Part shown: positions 25,895-36,108 of the stretch, piece by piece
Layout of the letters: the number at the start of each line of letters is the position of its first letter
How positions within the stretch are numbered: position 1 is the stretch's first letter
NCBI GenBank assembly: GCA_030649305.1
Contig: JAUSFV010000020.1
Location: 1-45,776, forward strand
Direction: 5' to 3'
DNA: 45,776 nucleotides
From: a bacterium
GTDB taxonomy: Bacteria; Patescibacteriota; Minisyncoccia; Sungbacterales; GWA2-42-14
Translations under genes and position numbers: made by a program
The notes under the pieces: model-generated
Database searches by the model: none
The model's input: the letters and a program-made list of their open reading frames with translations, nothing else
What the model was told of the DNA's origin: nothing

Positions 25895-27241
25895 TTAGCT
25901 TTGCACGGTCTTTCGACGAAGGACATGATGATATTTCTTCGCAAATCGGTGTGCCTCATCGCGGACGGCTTGAAACAGATGTAATATGTCTCGGTCAAGT
26001 GTTTTGAGTGGTATCGGCATTCTTCTCTTTTCAGTATATAATTCCTCCTCCCGTTTCGCCAATGCCGTTAGGTGAGTTGTAAGTTGTAAGTTGTAAGTTG
26101 TAAGTTGCGAGAGCGCAGCTCGAAGCTGTGCCTTTCCTCCGTCAATGACTATCAAGTCGGGATACTGCCATTCCGGATGCTGGAGCCGCCGCGCGATGAC
26201 TTCCTTAATCATTGCGGGGTCGTTTGCTCCACGCACCGTTTTGATTTTAAATGTGCGGTATTCTTTTTTATCCGGTTTGCCTCCTGTAAAGACAACCATA
26301 GAGCCGGTTGCATCAGTACCCGAAATATTTGAAATGTCGTATCCTTCTATGCGCTCAATCGGTTTCGTCATTCCGAGAAGTATGCGGAGTTTTTGCTGAA
26401 GCGCCGGCCAGTTGGTTTTGGCGCGCGGCAGTTCCAGCGTTTTTTTATGCGCGAATACGTCTTCAAGCCCCGCGATTTGATTGCGCAGAAGTGCCGCTCG
26501 TTCGTATTCCTGTTTTCGCGATGCCTCACACATCGTCTTTTTTAATTCTTTCAGCAATGTTTGTTTTTTGCCCTGCAATATCGCAACGATATTTTTAATA
26601 TTATAAAGATATTCCGCGCGCTTTGCGTTTTGCGATTGGCGATTTGCATCAAGGGCGCAACAATACCCAAGACAACGACCAATTTCGGCATTAAGACATA
26701 ATCGTTTGTGCGGCGCTTTGCACGTGCAATAGGGGAATATTCTTCGCAGAAGTCGGAGCGTAGTTTTGAGTGCGGAACCACCGGTGAACGGTCCTATATA
26801 ATTACTACGAATTACGAATGTTGACGAATTACGAATTCGTAATTCGTTTTTATTCGTAATTCGTAGGAGAGATTTTATGTTTGGCTGATGCGTCACGAAT
26901 ATCCGCGGAAATATTTCTTGAGTGATGCCTACATAGAAATAATTTTTATCATCCCGCATCAGGATGTTATATTTTGGGCGGTGTTGTTTGATAAGTTTTG
27001 CTTCAAGAATGAGTGCTTCAATTTCGGAGTCGGTTTCTTGCCACGAAAGCGATACTGCCTCCCGGACAAGCTGTTGCGTCTTTGGCGGCGCGTCGCGACG
27101 CCAATACGAAGCCAGCCGTTTTTTGAGATTTCCGGCTTTGCCGATGTAAATGGGCCTCTCTCGGTTTTTAAAAAAGTAAACCCCCGAAATAGTAGGAATA
27201 TGCTTTGGTTTCACCATATTTTCTATGTTTCCACACCCCAT
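25895..27241 (-). CDS. uvrC: Excinuclease ABC subunit C, short form lacking the C-terminal (HhH)2 domain
   Basis: GIY-YIG (GVYFFKN...PIYIGKA), UVR-like region, RNase H-like endonuclease region (YDISNISG...VIDGGKAQL...VRDEAHRFA); stops right after the HRFAxxxHxxxRRK motif where the HhH normally follows. Confidence 0.85.
   Translation of the reverse strand: MGCGNIENMVKPKHIPTISGVYFFKNRERPIYIGKAGNLKKRLASYWRRDAPPKTQQLVREAVSLSWQETDSEIEALILEAKLIKQHRPKYNILMRDDKNYFYVGITQEIFPRIFVTHQPNIKSLLRITNKNELRIRNSSTFVIRSNYIGPFTGGSALKTTLRLLRRIFPYCTCKAPHKRLCLNAEIGRCLGYCCALDANRQSQNAKRAEYLYNIKNIVAILQGKKQTLLKELKKTMCEASRKQEYERAALLRNQIAGLEDVFAHKKTLELPRAKTNWPALQQKLRILLGMTKPIERIEGYDISNISGTDATGSMVVFTGGKPDKKEYRTFKIKTVRGANDPAMIKEVIARRLQHPEWQYPDLIVIDGGKAQLRAALSQLTTYNLQLTTHLTALAKREEELYTEKRRMPIPLKTLDRDILHLFQAVRDEAHRFAKKYHHVLRRKTVQS
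26076..26110. repeat. In-frame heptamer tract (GTTGTAA)x4 plus a degenerate fifth unit inside uvrC (encodes LQLTTYNLQLTT on the minus strand)
   Basis: Read directly. Confidence 0.7.
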
Positions 27242-27305
27242 TCAGCAGGTCAATTGGCGTGTGTTGATTTTTCTGAAATTTAGGTATACTATAGATAACC
27301 ATGCT

Positions 27306-27438
27306 CCGTAGTGAAACTTCGGATGGCCCCGACCGCGGTCGGGGCAGTTCCGAGATTTTAGATGGGGCACAGGATAATTCAATTAGATTTCAGATTATAC
27401 ATAGGTTTAGCCTCTTATAATCCGAAGTTCTACTACGG
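27306..27438. promoter_or_regulatory. uvrC/uvrA divergent control region: 17-bp inverted repeat (27306-27322 / 27422-27438, 15/17) enclosing the palindrome GCCCCGAC-CGCG-GTCGGGGC (27326-27345)
   Basis: Read directly between the divergent uvrC and uvrA starts. Confidence 0.35.
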
Positions 27439-27441
27439 GGC

Positions 27442-30276
27442 ATGCCTTCTGACAGCATAAAAATCCGCGGGGCTCGCGTGCATAATCTCAAGAACATTGA
27501 CCTTGATATTCCCAAGGGAAAATTGATCGTGGTAACGGGGCTTTCGGGGTCCGGTAAGTCATCGCTTGCCTTTGATACGATTTATGCCGAAGCCGAGCGC
27601 CGGTTCGTGGAGTCGCTTTCAAGCTACGCGCGGCAATTTTTGGGTGTTCAGGATAAGCCCGACGTGGAGTCCATTGACGGGTTATCACCTGCGATTTCCA
27701 TTGACCAGAAATCAGTTTCACGAAATCCGCGCTCAACCGTCGGGACCATTACGGAGATTTACGATTATCTCCGTATTTTATTTGCGCGTGTGGGAAGGCC
27801 CCATTGTCCTTTGTGCGGAAAGTCCGTAGGACGGCAAAGCGTTGATGAAATAGTGGACCGCATTTCGCATCTCCAAAAAAGCGAGATAGCAATTCTTGCT
27901 CCTGTGATTTCGGGCAAGAAAGGGGAGCATCGGGGTATTCTTGAAGAAGTGAAGGCGGGGGGATTTTTGCGGGTGCGCCTTGACGGGGATGTGATGCCGA
28001 TTGATGAGGCGATTGATATGTCGCTTGATAAACAAAAGAAACATTCAATTGAGGTGGTTGTGGACCGATTTGTCATATCATCCGATATTGAACGCTCGCG
28101 CATTGCCGATTCGGTGGAGACGGCGTTGAAAATTTCAAAAGGCGTTGCTATCGTAGCGGCAAGCAGTCCTACAGGACCGAGTCCTCGGACTTTAGGTCAG
28201 GGGTCAGCACAGAAAAAGGACCATATTTTTTCGGAAAAATTCGCGTGTGTTGCGTGTGGCATCAGTTTGCCCGATATTGAACCGCGGATGTTCAGTTTCA
28301 ACAGTCCCTATGGCGCATGCCCCAATTGTACCGGCATCGGAAATACGCTTGAAATTGATCCAGCACTCGTTTTCCCGAATAAGAATTTGACCCTTGCCGA
28401 GGGCGCAATCCGCCCATGGGCGTCCGCGTCACATCGCGTGGGTCGGCAGAGCTGGTATTGGTGGATGTTATCAGACCTTGCGGAGCGAACTCATTTTTCT
28501 TTAAACATTCCAGTAAAAAATCTTTCGCAAAAAGTCATTGATCTCATTTTATACGGGGAGCCCGGCGGTAAAGCAGAAGGTGGGTTTGAGGGGGTGGTGC
28601 CGAATTTACAGAGGCGGTGGAAAGAAACGGATTCAGAATTTACGCGCGCGGAGATTGAAAAATACATGGTGATTAAAATATGTCCTGTATGCAACGGAAG
28701 GCGCCTGCGTTCCGAAACGCTCGGGGTAAAAATTGGCGATGTGAATATCGCGGATATAAATCAAAAAACGGTTGACGGCCTTCAAACGTTTTTTCGCGAA
28801 CTTTCGCTTGAGGGGTCGCAAAAAATTATTGCGACTCCGCTCATGAAAGAAATTATGAAGCGTCTGCAGTTTCTCGCAGATGTCGGGCTTCATTATTTAA
28901 CGCTTGATAGGGTTTCTACATCGCTCTCCGGCGGGGAGGCTCAGCGGATTCGGCTTGCCACGCAAATCGGCTCGCGCCTCACGGGAATCATTTATATTCT
29001 GGATGAGCCATCCATCGGTCTGCATCAGCGCGATCAGGAGCGCTTGATTAAGACGTTGAAAGATCTTCGTGATTTGGGGAATACCGTTATTGTGGTTGAA
29101 CACGACGCGCAAACTATCCGCGAGGCGGACTGGGTTATTGATTTGGGGCCGGGTGCGGGGAAACACGGAGGAAAAGTTATATTTGAAGGAACTCCCAAGG
29201 ATCTGTTACGGAGTAAAACGGTAACGGGGGATTATCTTTCCGGGAAGAAAAGGATACAAATTTCTCATGAGCCCGAAAAGTCTAAGGGCCAGAAATATAT
29301 TACGATCAAAGGAGCGAAAGAGCATAATCTAAAAAACGTTACCGTGAAAATTCCGCTTGGGAAATTTGTCGTGGTAGCCGGGGTTTCGGGGTCGGGGAAA
29401 AGTTCGCTTATCAATGATATTCTTGCAAAATATCTTTTGGTGAAGTTTTATGATGCCCATGTGTATCCCGGAGCGCATGATAAAATTGAGGGAACAGAAC
29501 ACGTGGACAAGGTTGTCGTGGTTGACCAATCGCCCATTGGCAGAACCCCGCGTTCAAATCCCGCAACGTATACGGGCACATTCGGTCACATTCGGAACCT
29601 ATTTTCATCTTTGCCGGAGGCCCGTGCCCGCGGATTTACGCCGGGGCGCTTTAGTTTTAACGTAAAAGGGGGCAGATGCGAGGTATGCGAAGGGCAGGGG
29701 GTGAAAAAAATTGAGATGTATTTTCTGCCGGATGTGTATGTTGAGTGCGAAGAATGTAAGGGAAGGCGCTATAATCGTGAAGCGCTTTCTATTGAATATG
29801 ACGGCAAAAACATTTCGCAGGTTCTTGCTTTGACGATTGAAGAGGCGCTCGCGATTTTCAAAAATATCCCCGCTATCACAAAAAATTTAAAAACTCTTTT
29901 TGATGTGGGGCTCGGGTATATGAAACTGGGACAGAGCGCTACAACGCTCTCCGGCGGTGAGGCACAACGCATTAAGCTTGCCACGGAACTTTCGCGGCGC
30001 GACACCGGGAAGACGCTCTATATTCTGGATGAGCCGACAACAGGGCTTCATTTCTCCGATATTGATAAATTGCTTTCTATACTCGGGGCGCTTGTTGAGC
30101 GCGGAAATACCGTGCTTGTGATTGAGCATAATCTGGATGTGATTCGCAACGCCGACCATATTGTTGATTTGGGTCCCGAAGGGGGAGACGCGGGGGGGTA
30201 TGTGGTTGCCGAAGGCACACCCGCGGAAGTCGTGAAAAATAAAAAATCGGAAACCGGCAGGTGGCTTGCAAAATAA
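27442..30276 (+). CDS. uvrA: Excinuclease ABC subunit A
   Basis: Two ABC ATPase modules ([27 protein letters not shown]) and Zn-finger Cys clusters; 944 aa. Confidence 0.96.
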   Translation: MPSDSIKIRGARVHNLKNIDLDIPKGKLIVVTGLSGSGKSSLAFDTIYAEAERRFVESLSSYARQFLGVQDKPDVESIDGLSPAISIDQKSVSRNPRSTVGTITEIYDYLRILFARVGRPHCPLCGKSVGRQSVDEIVDRISHLQKSEIAILAPVISGKKGEHRGILEEVKAGGFLRVRLDGDVMPIDEAIDMSLDKQKKHSIEVVVDRFVISSDIERSRIADSVETALKISKGVAIVAASSPTGPSPRTLGQGSAQKKDHIFSEKFACVACGISLPDIEPRMFSFNSPYGACPNCTGIGNTLEIDPALVFPNKNLTLAEGAIRPWASASHRVGRQSWYWWMLSDLAERTHFSLNIPVKNLSQKVIDLILYGEPGGKAEGGFEGVVPNLQRRWKETDSEFTRAEIEKYMVIKICPVCNGRRLRSETLGVKIGDVNIADINQKTVDGLQTFFRELSLEGSQKIIATPLMKEIMKRLQFLADVGLHYLTLDRVSTSLSGGEAQRIRLATQIGSRLTGIIYILDEPSIGLHQRDQERLIKTLKDLRDLGNTVIVVEHDAQTIREADWVIDLGPGAGKHGGKVIFEGTPKDLLRSKTVTGDYLSGKKRIQISHEPEKSKGQKYITIKGAKEHNLKNVTVKIPLGKFVVVAGVSGSGKSSLINDILAKYLLVKFYDAHVYPGAHDKIEGTEHVDKVVVVDQSPIGRTPRSNPATYTGTFGHIRNLFSSLPEARARGFTPGRFSFNVKGGRCEVCEGQGVKKIEMYFLPDVYVECEECKGRRYNREALSIEYDGKNISQVLALTIEEALAIFKNIPAITKNLKTLFDVGLGYMKLGQSATTLSGGEAQRIKLATELSRRDTGKTLYILDEPTTGLHFSDIDKLLSILGALVERGNTVLVIEHNLDVIRNADHIVDLGPEGGDAGGYVVAEGTPAEVVKNKKSETGRWLAK

Positions 30277-30322
30277 TTTTTCCATTCTTTATTTACGCCA
30301 CGTTCATTTTTTACGATTCTTA

Positions 30323-30350
30323 ATCGGCTAATTCGCACGAATTAGCCGAT
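30323..30350. repeat. 12-bp perfect palindrome ATCGGCTAATTC-GCAC-GAATTAGCCGAT
   Basis: Read directly downstream of uvrA; not followed by a T-run. Confidence 0.5.
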
Positions 30351-30405
30351 AAGGAAAAAAAGGGGGATGGATGGAAAAATAAAAAAAAGATGACGAAAAT
30401 AAAAT

Positions 30406-30437
30406 CCGCTTCGAGTTATATCGAAGCGGCTTTTTCG
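30406..30437. terminator. Bidirectional terminator hairpin (CCGCTTCGA-GTTATA-TCGAAGCGG then CTTTTTCG); the minus-strand gene's stop codon lies in the loop
   Basis: Read directly. Confidence 0.55.
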
Positions 30438-30937
30438 TTCGGATAGATATGCGCGGACAAACTCATCATCGCAAGCGGAATGGCAATGAGGCCGAGTGAG
30501 AATCCGAATGCGGTGAGTATTTTTACTTCCATAATCGCGCCAAGCATCATGCAGGCAATCGCGCAAAATTGCACGGTTGTTTTCAGTTTTCCGTACGGGT
30601 TTGCGGCGCGTTTCCCGCGGTGTGATTTTTTGAATCGGATTGCGGTAAGCAATACTTCAAACAGCAATGCGGGTATCAAAATGATAAGTATCGGTATACT
30701 GTCTTTCAGTGTGACAAGCAGTCCGAGATAGAAGATTTTATCGGAAACCGGATCAAGGATTTTTCCTAATTCGCTTTCCGCCTTAAACTTTCGCGCGAGA
30801 AATCCGTCAAACCAGTCAGAAACAGCACCTGCCATAAATACAAAGAATGCGGCACGGGGATGCGACGGAAATAAAAGCAAAAGGGGAATAAGAGAGAGCG
30901 CGCGTAGGACCGAAATCGTGCAGGGGATGAGATACAT
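30416..30937 (-). CDS. CDP-alcohol phosphatidyltransferase family protein (PgsA-like)
   Basis: Perfect D-G-x2-A-R-x8-G-x3-D-x3-D signature (DWFDGFLARKFKAESELGKILDPVSD). Confidence 0.8.
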   Translation of the reverse strand: MYLIPCTISVLRALSLIPLLLLFPSHPRAAFFVFMAGAVSDWFDGFLARKFKAESELGKILDPVSDKIFYLGLLVTLKDSIPILIILIPALLFEVLLTAIRFKKSHRGKRAANPYGKLKTTVQFCAIACMMLGAIMEVKILTAFGFSLGLIAIPLAMMSLSAHIYPNEKAASI

Positions 30938-31741
30938 CTATTCGTCCTCTTCGTCTTCGTAGTATTCGTTTAGAAAATTTTGGATTCCATATCCGACGGT
31001 AACGCCGAGTATGAGATATGAAAGATGAATCAGGGACGGTACCGTGTATACTCTGCCGACAAACATAAGAATGATTCCCGCGGCAAGTGAAGCGAATTGA
31101 ATGCGTCCTGAACCATCTGTTTGCAGTTTTTCTTTTGAGAATTGGAGTATGAGCTCGATTCGATACCGGATACGATGGCGGAGAAGCAACGGTTCGGCGT
31201 TTTGCGAATGAAGTGTCGGCCATGTGGGGTACCGGTAGAGTACGAGTATGGCGATAAGCAGATAGGAAATCAAAATAGCATTGAAGGCAGTAATATCAAC
31301 CCATCCATACCTTTCCGCATAAAAAAATGCGGGTATGCCAAGCGAAAACGCTTCATAATAATCGCGTACGTGGTCGAGGAGCGTTCCAAGTCCCGTAACT
31401 TCATTCTGTCCGGTTTCGGGGTTTTTGAGGCGCGCGCGCGGACCGTCTATAAAGTCGCTGAAAAATGCCATGACGGCGAGCATGAGCGCGGGAAAGATAT
31501 GGTCAAAATACATGAAAATATTTTGAATCGTAACAATAACAAGGCCCGCGCTTGTGATATGGTTCGCGGAAATGCCTATTTTTTTGAATCCCTTTGAGAG
31601 CGGAAGCAATATTTTATCTCGTTGGCCGATTTCTTTTCGGGTAAGAAGGTCTTGTTCGCCATATTCTTTCCATTTCTTTTTGATTCTTCGGACGACTTTG
31701 CGGGATCGTTTCAGAAATTGTTCTCTCGCCTTCTCTTTCAT
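30938..31741 (-). CDS. CDP-alcohol phosphatidyltransferase family protein with a basic N-terminal extension
   Basis: DFIDGPRARL...GLGTLLDHVRD (DG-x2-AR-x12-G-x3-D-x3-D); its stop abuts the ATG of the downstream paralogue. Confidence 0.75.
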   Translation of the reverse strand: MKEKAREQFLKRSRKVVRRIKKKWKEYGEQDLLTRKEIGQRDKILLPLSKGFKKIGISANHITSAGLVIVTIQNIFMYFDHIFPALMLAVMAFFSDFIDGPRARLKNPETGQNEVTGLGTLLDHVRDYYEAFSLGIPAFFYAERYGWVDITAFNAILISYLLIAILVLYRYPTWPTLHSQNAEPLLLRHRIRYRIELILQFSKEKLQTDGSGRIQFASLAAGIILMFVGRVYTVPSLIHLSYLILGVTVGYGIQNFLNEYYEDEEDE

Positions 31742-31956
31742 TTTAGATGTCTCCTAAATTGGTAACGAACATTAGCAAAAGAGTACCACACTGTTTTGAT
31801 GTATGCAAGTGTTTGACTGGTTCTTTTGTATATGGAACAAATACGGGTATGCCATTTATATATTTATGTAATGTCTGGCACAAGAAGTTTATATATCAGG
31901 ATTAACAAGGTGTGGGGCATGCTCGTACCCGACCATTAAAGAATAAATAAAGGGGT

Positions 31957-33462
31957 ATGAAAAATTTTCTCCGTATAATTTCGTTTGTGGCGCTCTTCGC
32001 GTTTGTCGCCTTTGCCCCTTTTGTAACCTTTGCCGCCGCTGGGGATATTGTTATGAATGAAATTGCGTGGAGCGGGACGAAACCGGATGACACGGATGAA
32101 TGGATTGAGCTGAAGAACAATACGTCGGGTACCGTTTCTTTTGAGGGTTGGGTTTTGAAAGCGCTGTCAGACGGGAGGCCGACTATTCTCTTGGTCGGCT
32201 CAATCTCCGCGGGCGGATTTTATTTAATTGAACGCACTGCAGATTCTGTGGTTTCGGATATTGCGGGAGATTTTGTCGGTTCATTCGGCCAGTATGGAAA
32301 TGTCGCCAATACAGGCGAGGATTTAGTATTGCTTGATGCGAGTGGTGCCGCGGTTGATGAAGTGCGTTTTGCGTCCGGCTGGCCCGCGGGAACGGCAGGT
32401 CCCGATTATTTTTCTATGGAGCGTATTGATTCAAAGAAAGACGGTTCGCTTGCGTCAAACTGGGCGTCAAATAATGGGATAAAAAGAAATGGTAAAGACG
32501 CCGTGGGAAACGCAATTAACGGAACGCCAAAGCAGGAGAATAGCGTATATAATAATCCGCCGCCTCCGTCTTCGCCGGATTCATCGTCTTCGCCGTCCTC
32601 ATCATCTTCAGCATCTTCCCCATCTTCGCCGTCGTATCCCATATATCCTCCGCTTGGCGTTGACGCGGGTTCCGATAAAACTGTTCTTGTCGGCTCTTCC
32701 GTGAGTTTTTCGGGTTCAGCCGTCGGCATTAATGGGGCGCTACTTTTGGATGCGCGGTTTTTGTGGAATTTCGGAGACGGAACACTGAAAGAAGGAAAAA
32801 CATGGGAGTATGTGTATTATTTTCCCGGCACCTATACGGCGGCACTTACGGTATCATCCGGACCCTATTCCGGTTCCGATACCGCGATTATTACCGCAAT
32901 TGTTCCGATGCTTACTATAAAAAATACGCAGACGGGCGAAGATGGTTTTATTACGATTGTAAATGGCGCAGATAAAGAACTTGACCTTGGGGGCATGATT
33001 TTCCGCGACAGCGCGGGGGTCCAATTTATAATTCCAAAAAATACGTTTATTTTAGCGAAAGGTAACGTAACATTTCCGAATCGCGTGAGTGGTGTTTTGA
33101 AATCCGGCGGTACGGTTGCGTTGTTTGATGCGGTCGGACGCGTTATACGCGAACAGACGCAAACAGTAGGCGAACAGGCGCGAACAGCAGAACGAATAGA
33201 AACAAAGAGCTCGAAGTCCGTCGTAAAGGTTTTGCCTCCTTCGGGTGCGCAAACCTTGAACGCGGGAGGTGAGACCTCGGATATCGGAAGCGAAACATCA
33301 ATAACTGAAAGCATCCCTGATGCATCACAAGAAACAGCAGCGGCCTCAATGTCGCAAAATACAACGTTCGGCATTTCGAAAACCTCGCTCTTTTTTGGGG
33401 CAAGCGTGCTTATCGGGCTTGTTTCGGCAGCAGGATTCTTCTTGCTTAAAACTTTTCTCTAA
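31957..33462 (+). CDS. Lamin-tail-domain (LTD) protein with an N-terminal signal peptide, Ser/Pro linker, Ig/PKD-like region and a C-terminal TM anchor
   Basis: GDIVMNEIAWSGT...DEWIELKNN...GWVL matches the LTD; C-terminal LFFGASVLIGLVSAAGFFLL anchor. Confidence 0.75.
   Translation: MKNFLRIISFVALFAFVAFAPFVTFAAAGDIVMNEIAWSGTKPDDTDEWIELKNNTSGTVSFEGWVLKALSDGRPTILLVGSISAGGFYLIERTADSVVSDIAGDFVGSFGQYGNVANTGEDLVLLDASGAAVDEVRFASGWPAGTAGPDYFSMERIDSKKDGSLASNWASNNGIKRNGKDAVGNAINGTPKQENSVYNNPPPPSSPDSSSSPSSSSSASSPSSPSYPIYPPLGVDAGSDKTVLVGSSVSFSGSAVGINGALLLDARFLWNFGDGTLKEGKTWEYVYYFPGTYTAALTVSSGPYSGSDTAIITAIVPMLTIKNTQTGEDGFITIVNGADKELDLGGMIFRDSAGVQFIIPKNTFILAKGNVTFPNRVSGVLKSGGTVALFDAVGRVIREQTQTVGEQARTAERIETKSSKSVVKVLPPSGAQTLNAGGETSDIGSETSITESIPDASQETAAASMSQNTTFGISKTSLFFGASVLIGLVSAAGFFLLKTFL
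33146..33205. repeat. In-frame 10-11-nt periodic AACAG array (AACAG at 33152, 33162, 33173, 33183) encoding REQTQTVGEQARTAE
   Basis: Same 10-11-10 spacing and about 85% identity to the left arm of the 41835-41920 element. Confidence 0.6.
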
Positions 33463-33463
33463 A

Positions 33464-33501
33464 ATAACATTCTAACATTCTGCAGAATGTTAGAATGTTA
33501 T
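33464..33501. repeat. Palindrome family P2 copy 1: 38-nt perfect palindrome ATAACATTCTAACATTCTG/CAGAATGTTAGAATGTTAT centred on CTGCAG
   Basis: Read directly right after the LTD gene stop. Confidence 0.8.
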
Positions 33502-33717
33502 ATAGGCCGCTGTGTGCGGTTTTGTTTTTGGTTTAAAAATTGTTACAATGAGTAGAACCCATCTCAAAAATGCTTTCGTCGCGAGATTGCAAAACTTCGA
33601 GCGAGACGCAGTCAAAAAAAGTGAGCAATATACTGCGTATCTTGTGAACTTTTTTTGACAAGTCGCAGCCGAAGTTTTGCGATAGAAGCAGAAATGATTT
33701 TTGAGATGGGTTCTAGT

Positions 33718-36054
33718 ATGACAGAAAAATTGACACCAAAGAAATCGCTCATATTCGTATTCACCACCGCCTATGAGCCGTTTATCGGCGGGGCGGAAAT
33801 TGCGATACGCGAGATTGCAAAACGCAATACGGGCAATTTTGATTTTGTGGTGCTGACATCGCGCTTTAATCGCGAATTGCCCCATGAAGAAATGCGGGAG
33901 GGTATTTTTATACGCAGGTTTGGATTCGGTAAGCCGTATGATAAATTTTTTTTCCCGTTTTTTTCTTTTCTCTATGTTTTCCGAAGAATTGTACGCGAAT
34001 GGAAACGTCCGTATCTTTTTTGGGTGGTTATGGCTTCATACGGTTCGTTTGCGGCAGTCGGGCTGAAATTCATGTTCCCGCGCGCTCCGTTGGTCATGAC
34101 GCTTCAGGAGGGAGATCCGGAAGAGCATTTGCGCTACGCGCGGTTTGGCCTTGTGTCTTTCGCACTTCGTCTTTCTCTGATGAGTGCGGATACGACATCG
34201 GCGATCTCAACCTATCTTTTGCGCCTTGCGTATCGGTTTGGTTTTCGCGGAGAAGGAAAGGTGATTCCCAACGGCGTTGACCTTTCCAATTTTACGCGCG
34301 ATATTCCCGAGCGGGAACTTCGCGAGTTACGGAAGGAACTTGGCATTCGTGAGGAGGAAAAAATTATTATTACCACCTCGCGTCTGGTGCATAAAAACGC
34401 TATTGATGTCGTGATACGGGCATTGGGCATTCTAAAGCGGGCGCATCCCGATTTTCTGTTTCAGTTTCTCGTACTGGGAACGGGCGAAAAAGCGCCTTTT
34501 CTGCGCGCGCTTGCGGAAAAAGAGGATGTGGGTGACCGCGTACGTTTGATCGGCGCGCTTTCTCATAAAGAGTTGCCGAAATATTTGAAAGTTTCGGATG
34601 TTTTTATCAGGCCGTCGCGCTCCGAGGGCCTCGGCAATTCATTTTTGGAAGCAATGGCGGCCGGCATTCCTATTATCGGAACAAACGCGGGCGGCATTCC
34701 CGATTTTTTGAAAGATGGTGAAACGGGCTTGATGTGCGAAATTGAGAACGCGGAAGATACCGCCGAGAAATTATATCTTTTGTTGAAAAATGAGCCGCTT
34801 CGCAGCGCAATGGTTCGTAATGCTCACGCGTATGTCACCGGGCGTTATGATTGGGAAAAAATCGCGCATGACTTTTTTGGATTGTTTACGTATGAATTGA
34901 AAAAGGCCGAGCGTCCCGCGATTTTGATCGCGTCGGGTGGATGGGGTAGAGATGTCGGGGCGCCGGCACTCTACAGCCGCCGTTTTGCCGAGGTGTTTCA
35001 CAAAAGAGGATATCGCGTATCGGTGGTCGCCTATGGAAGGTGGCGTGAGCGGGGGCGCGATGACATCCGTGTTTCAATTGTAAGCCGTATGTTTCCCTCT
35101 GGCATCCGCCATCTTTTATTTGCCGCAGCACTTTTTTGGCGTAGCAGGCGCCATGATGTATTTTTCGTGTTGGATGAATTTTCTTCGGGGCTTCCTGCGT
35201 TCGTGGTGGCGAAGATATGGCGTAGAAAAATCGTATTGCGTCTCGGTGGCGATTTCTTGTGGGAGAGTTTTGTAAATCAGGAAGGTGAGGAAGTGGGCCT
35301 GCCGAAATTTCACGAAGAGTATCTGCGGAAAAAAAAGCTGAAAGGAAAATTCAGAATTATCCGTTTGTTGATTGGGGGAGTGTTGCGGGGTGCCGACAAA
35401 ATAATATTTTCAAGCGATTGGCAGAAGAATTTATTTTTGCTCTCGTATCCGCGCGTGCCCGCATACCGGATGGGTGTGATAGAAAATCCCCTTCCGCGCC
35501 TTAAAAAAATATATACGGAGGAAACACTTCCCGTTATTTTATACGCGGGCAGATTTATTTTTCTGAAAAATTTGTATCGTCTGATTGAAGCGTTTGACGC
35601 GCTCTCTGCCCGCTTTCCCGATTTTGAATTGTGGTTAATGGGCGAGGGGCCCGAGCGTGAGGAACTGGAGGAATACCGCGAAACACTTTCCGCGAAAGAG
35701 CGTATTCACATTTTGCGTCCGCTTCCGCATGACGAACTTTTGCAGGTAATGGCGCAATCGTGGGTATTCGCGTTTCCTTCGTTTTCCGACATTACGCCAA
35801 ACAGTGTAACGGACGCACTTTCGCTCGGCGTTTCGGTTTTGTGCACGAAAGAAACGGCATTTGTTGAGAAATTTCAGGATGGGATTTTATTTTTTGACCC
35901 GTTAAGCGAAGAAGAGCTCCGTGAAAAATTGGAATTTATTATGGATTCTTCGCATCATGCGGAAGTCCGGCAAAAAATCAGGAGCACCGCCTTTTTGCAT
36001 CGTTCGTGGGAGGATGCGGGCGCCGAGTGGCTTGACTTATTTGGGAAGATTTGA
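33718..36054 (+). CDS. Fused double GT4-type glycosyltransferase (two GT-B modules in one 778-aa protein)
   Basis: Two separate C-terminal GT4 signatures (SEGLGNSFLEAMAAGIPIIGT... and FAFPSFSDITPNSVTDALSLGVSVLCT...); the caller's TTG 33655 start is an extension. Confidence 0.75.
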   Translation: MTEKLTPKKSLIFVFTTAYEPFIGGAEIAIREIAKRNTGNFDFVVLTSRFNRELPHEEMREGIFIRRFGFGKPYDKFFFPFFSFLYVFRRIVREWKRPYLFWVVMASYGSFAAVGLKFMFPRAPLVMTLQEGDPEEHLRYARFGLVSFALRLSLMSADTTSAISTYLLRLAYRFGFRGEGKVIPNGVDLSNFTRDIPERELRELRKELGIREEEKIIITTSRLVHKNAIDVVIRALGILKRAHPDFLFQFLVLGTGEKAPFLRALAEKEDVGDRVRLIGALSHKELPKYLKVSDVFIRPSRSEGLGNSFLEAMAAGIPIIGTNAGGIPDFLKDGETGLMCEIENAEDTAEKLYLLLKNEPLRSAMVRNAHAYVTGRYDWEKIAHDFFGLFTYELKKAERPAILIASGGWGRDVGAPALYSRRFAEVFHKRGYRVSVVAYGRWRERGRDDIRVSIVSRMFPSGIRHLLFAAALFWRSRRHDVFFVLDEFSSGLPAFVVAKIWRRKIVLRLGGDFLWESFVNQEGEEVGLPKFHEEYLRKKKLKGKFRIIRLLIGGVLRGADKIIFSSDWQKNLFLLSYPRVPAYRMGVIENPLPRLKKIYTEETLPVILYAGRFIFLKNLYRLIEAFDALSARFPDFELWLMGEGPEREELEEYRETLSAKERIHILRPLPHDELLQVMAQSWVFAFPSFSDITPNSVTDALSLGVSVLCTKETAFVEKFQDGILFFDPLSEEELREKLEFIMDSSHHAEVRQKIRSTAFLHRSWEDAGAEWLDLFGKI

Positions 36055-36108
36055 TATGATATTAGGGCATCTTTGAAAATCTAATTTTGAAAGAAGAGGA
36101 GGCAACGG

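Noticed and set aside
30323-30350. The ATCGGCTAATTC-GCAC-GAATTAGCCGAT palindrome as the uvrA terminator
   Set aside because: No T-run follows on either strand. The real bidirectional terminator is the hairpin at 30406-30437. The palindrome is kept as a repeat or possible operator only.
33490-33885. Minus-strand 131-aa ORF overlapping the start of the double-GT gene
   Set aside because: It overlaps a palindrome, the GT leader and the conserved N-terminus of the GT gene. It has no RBS and is likely spurious.
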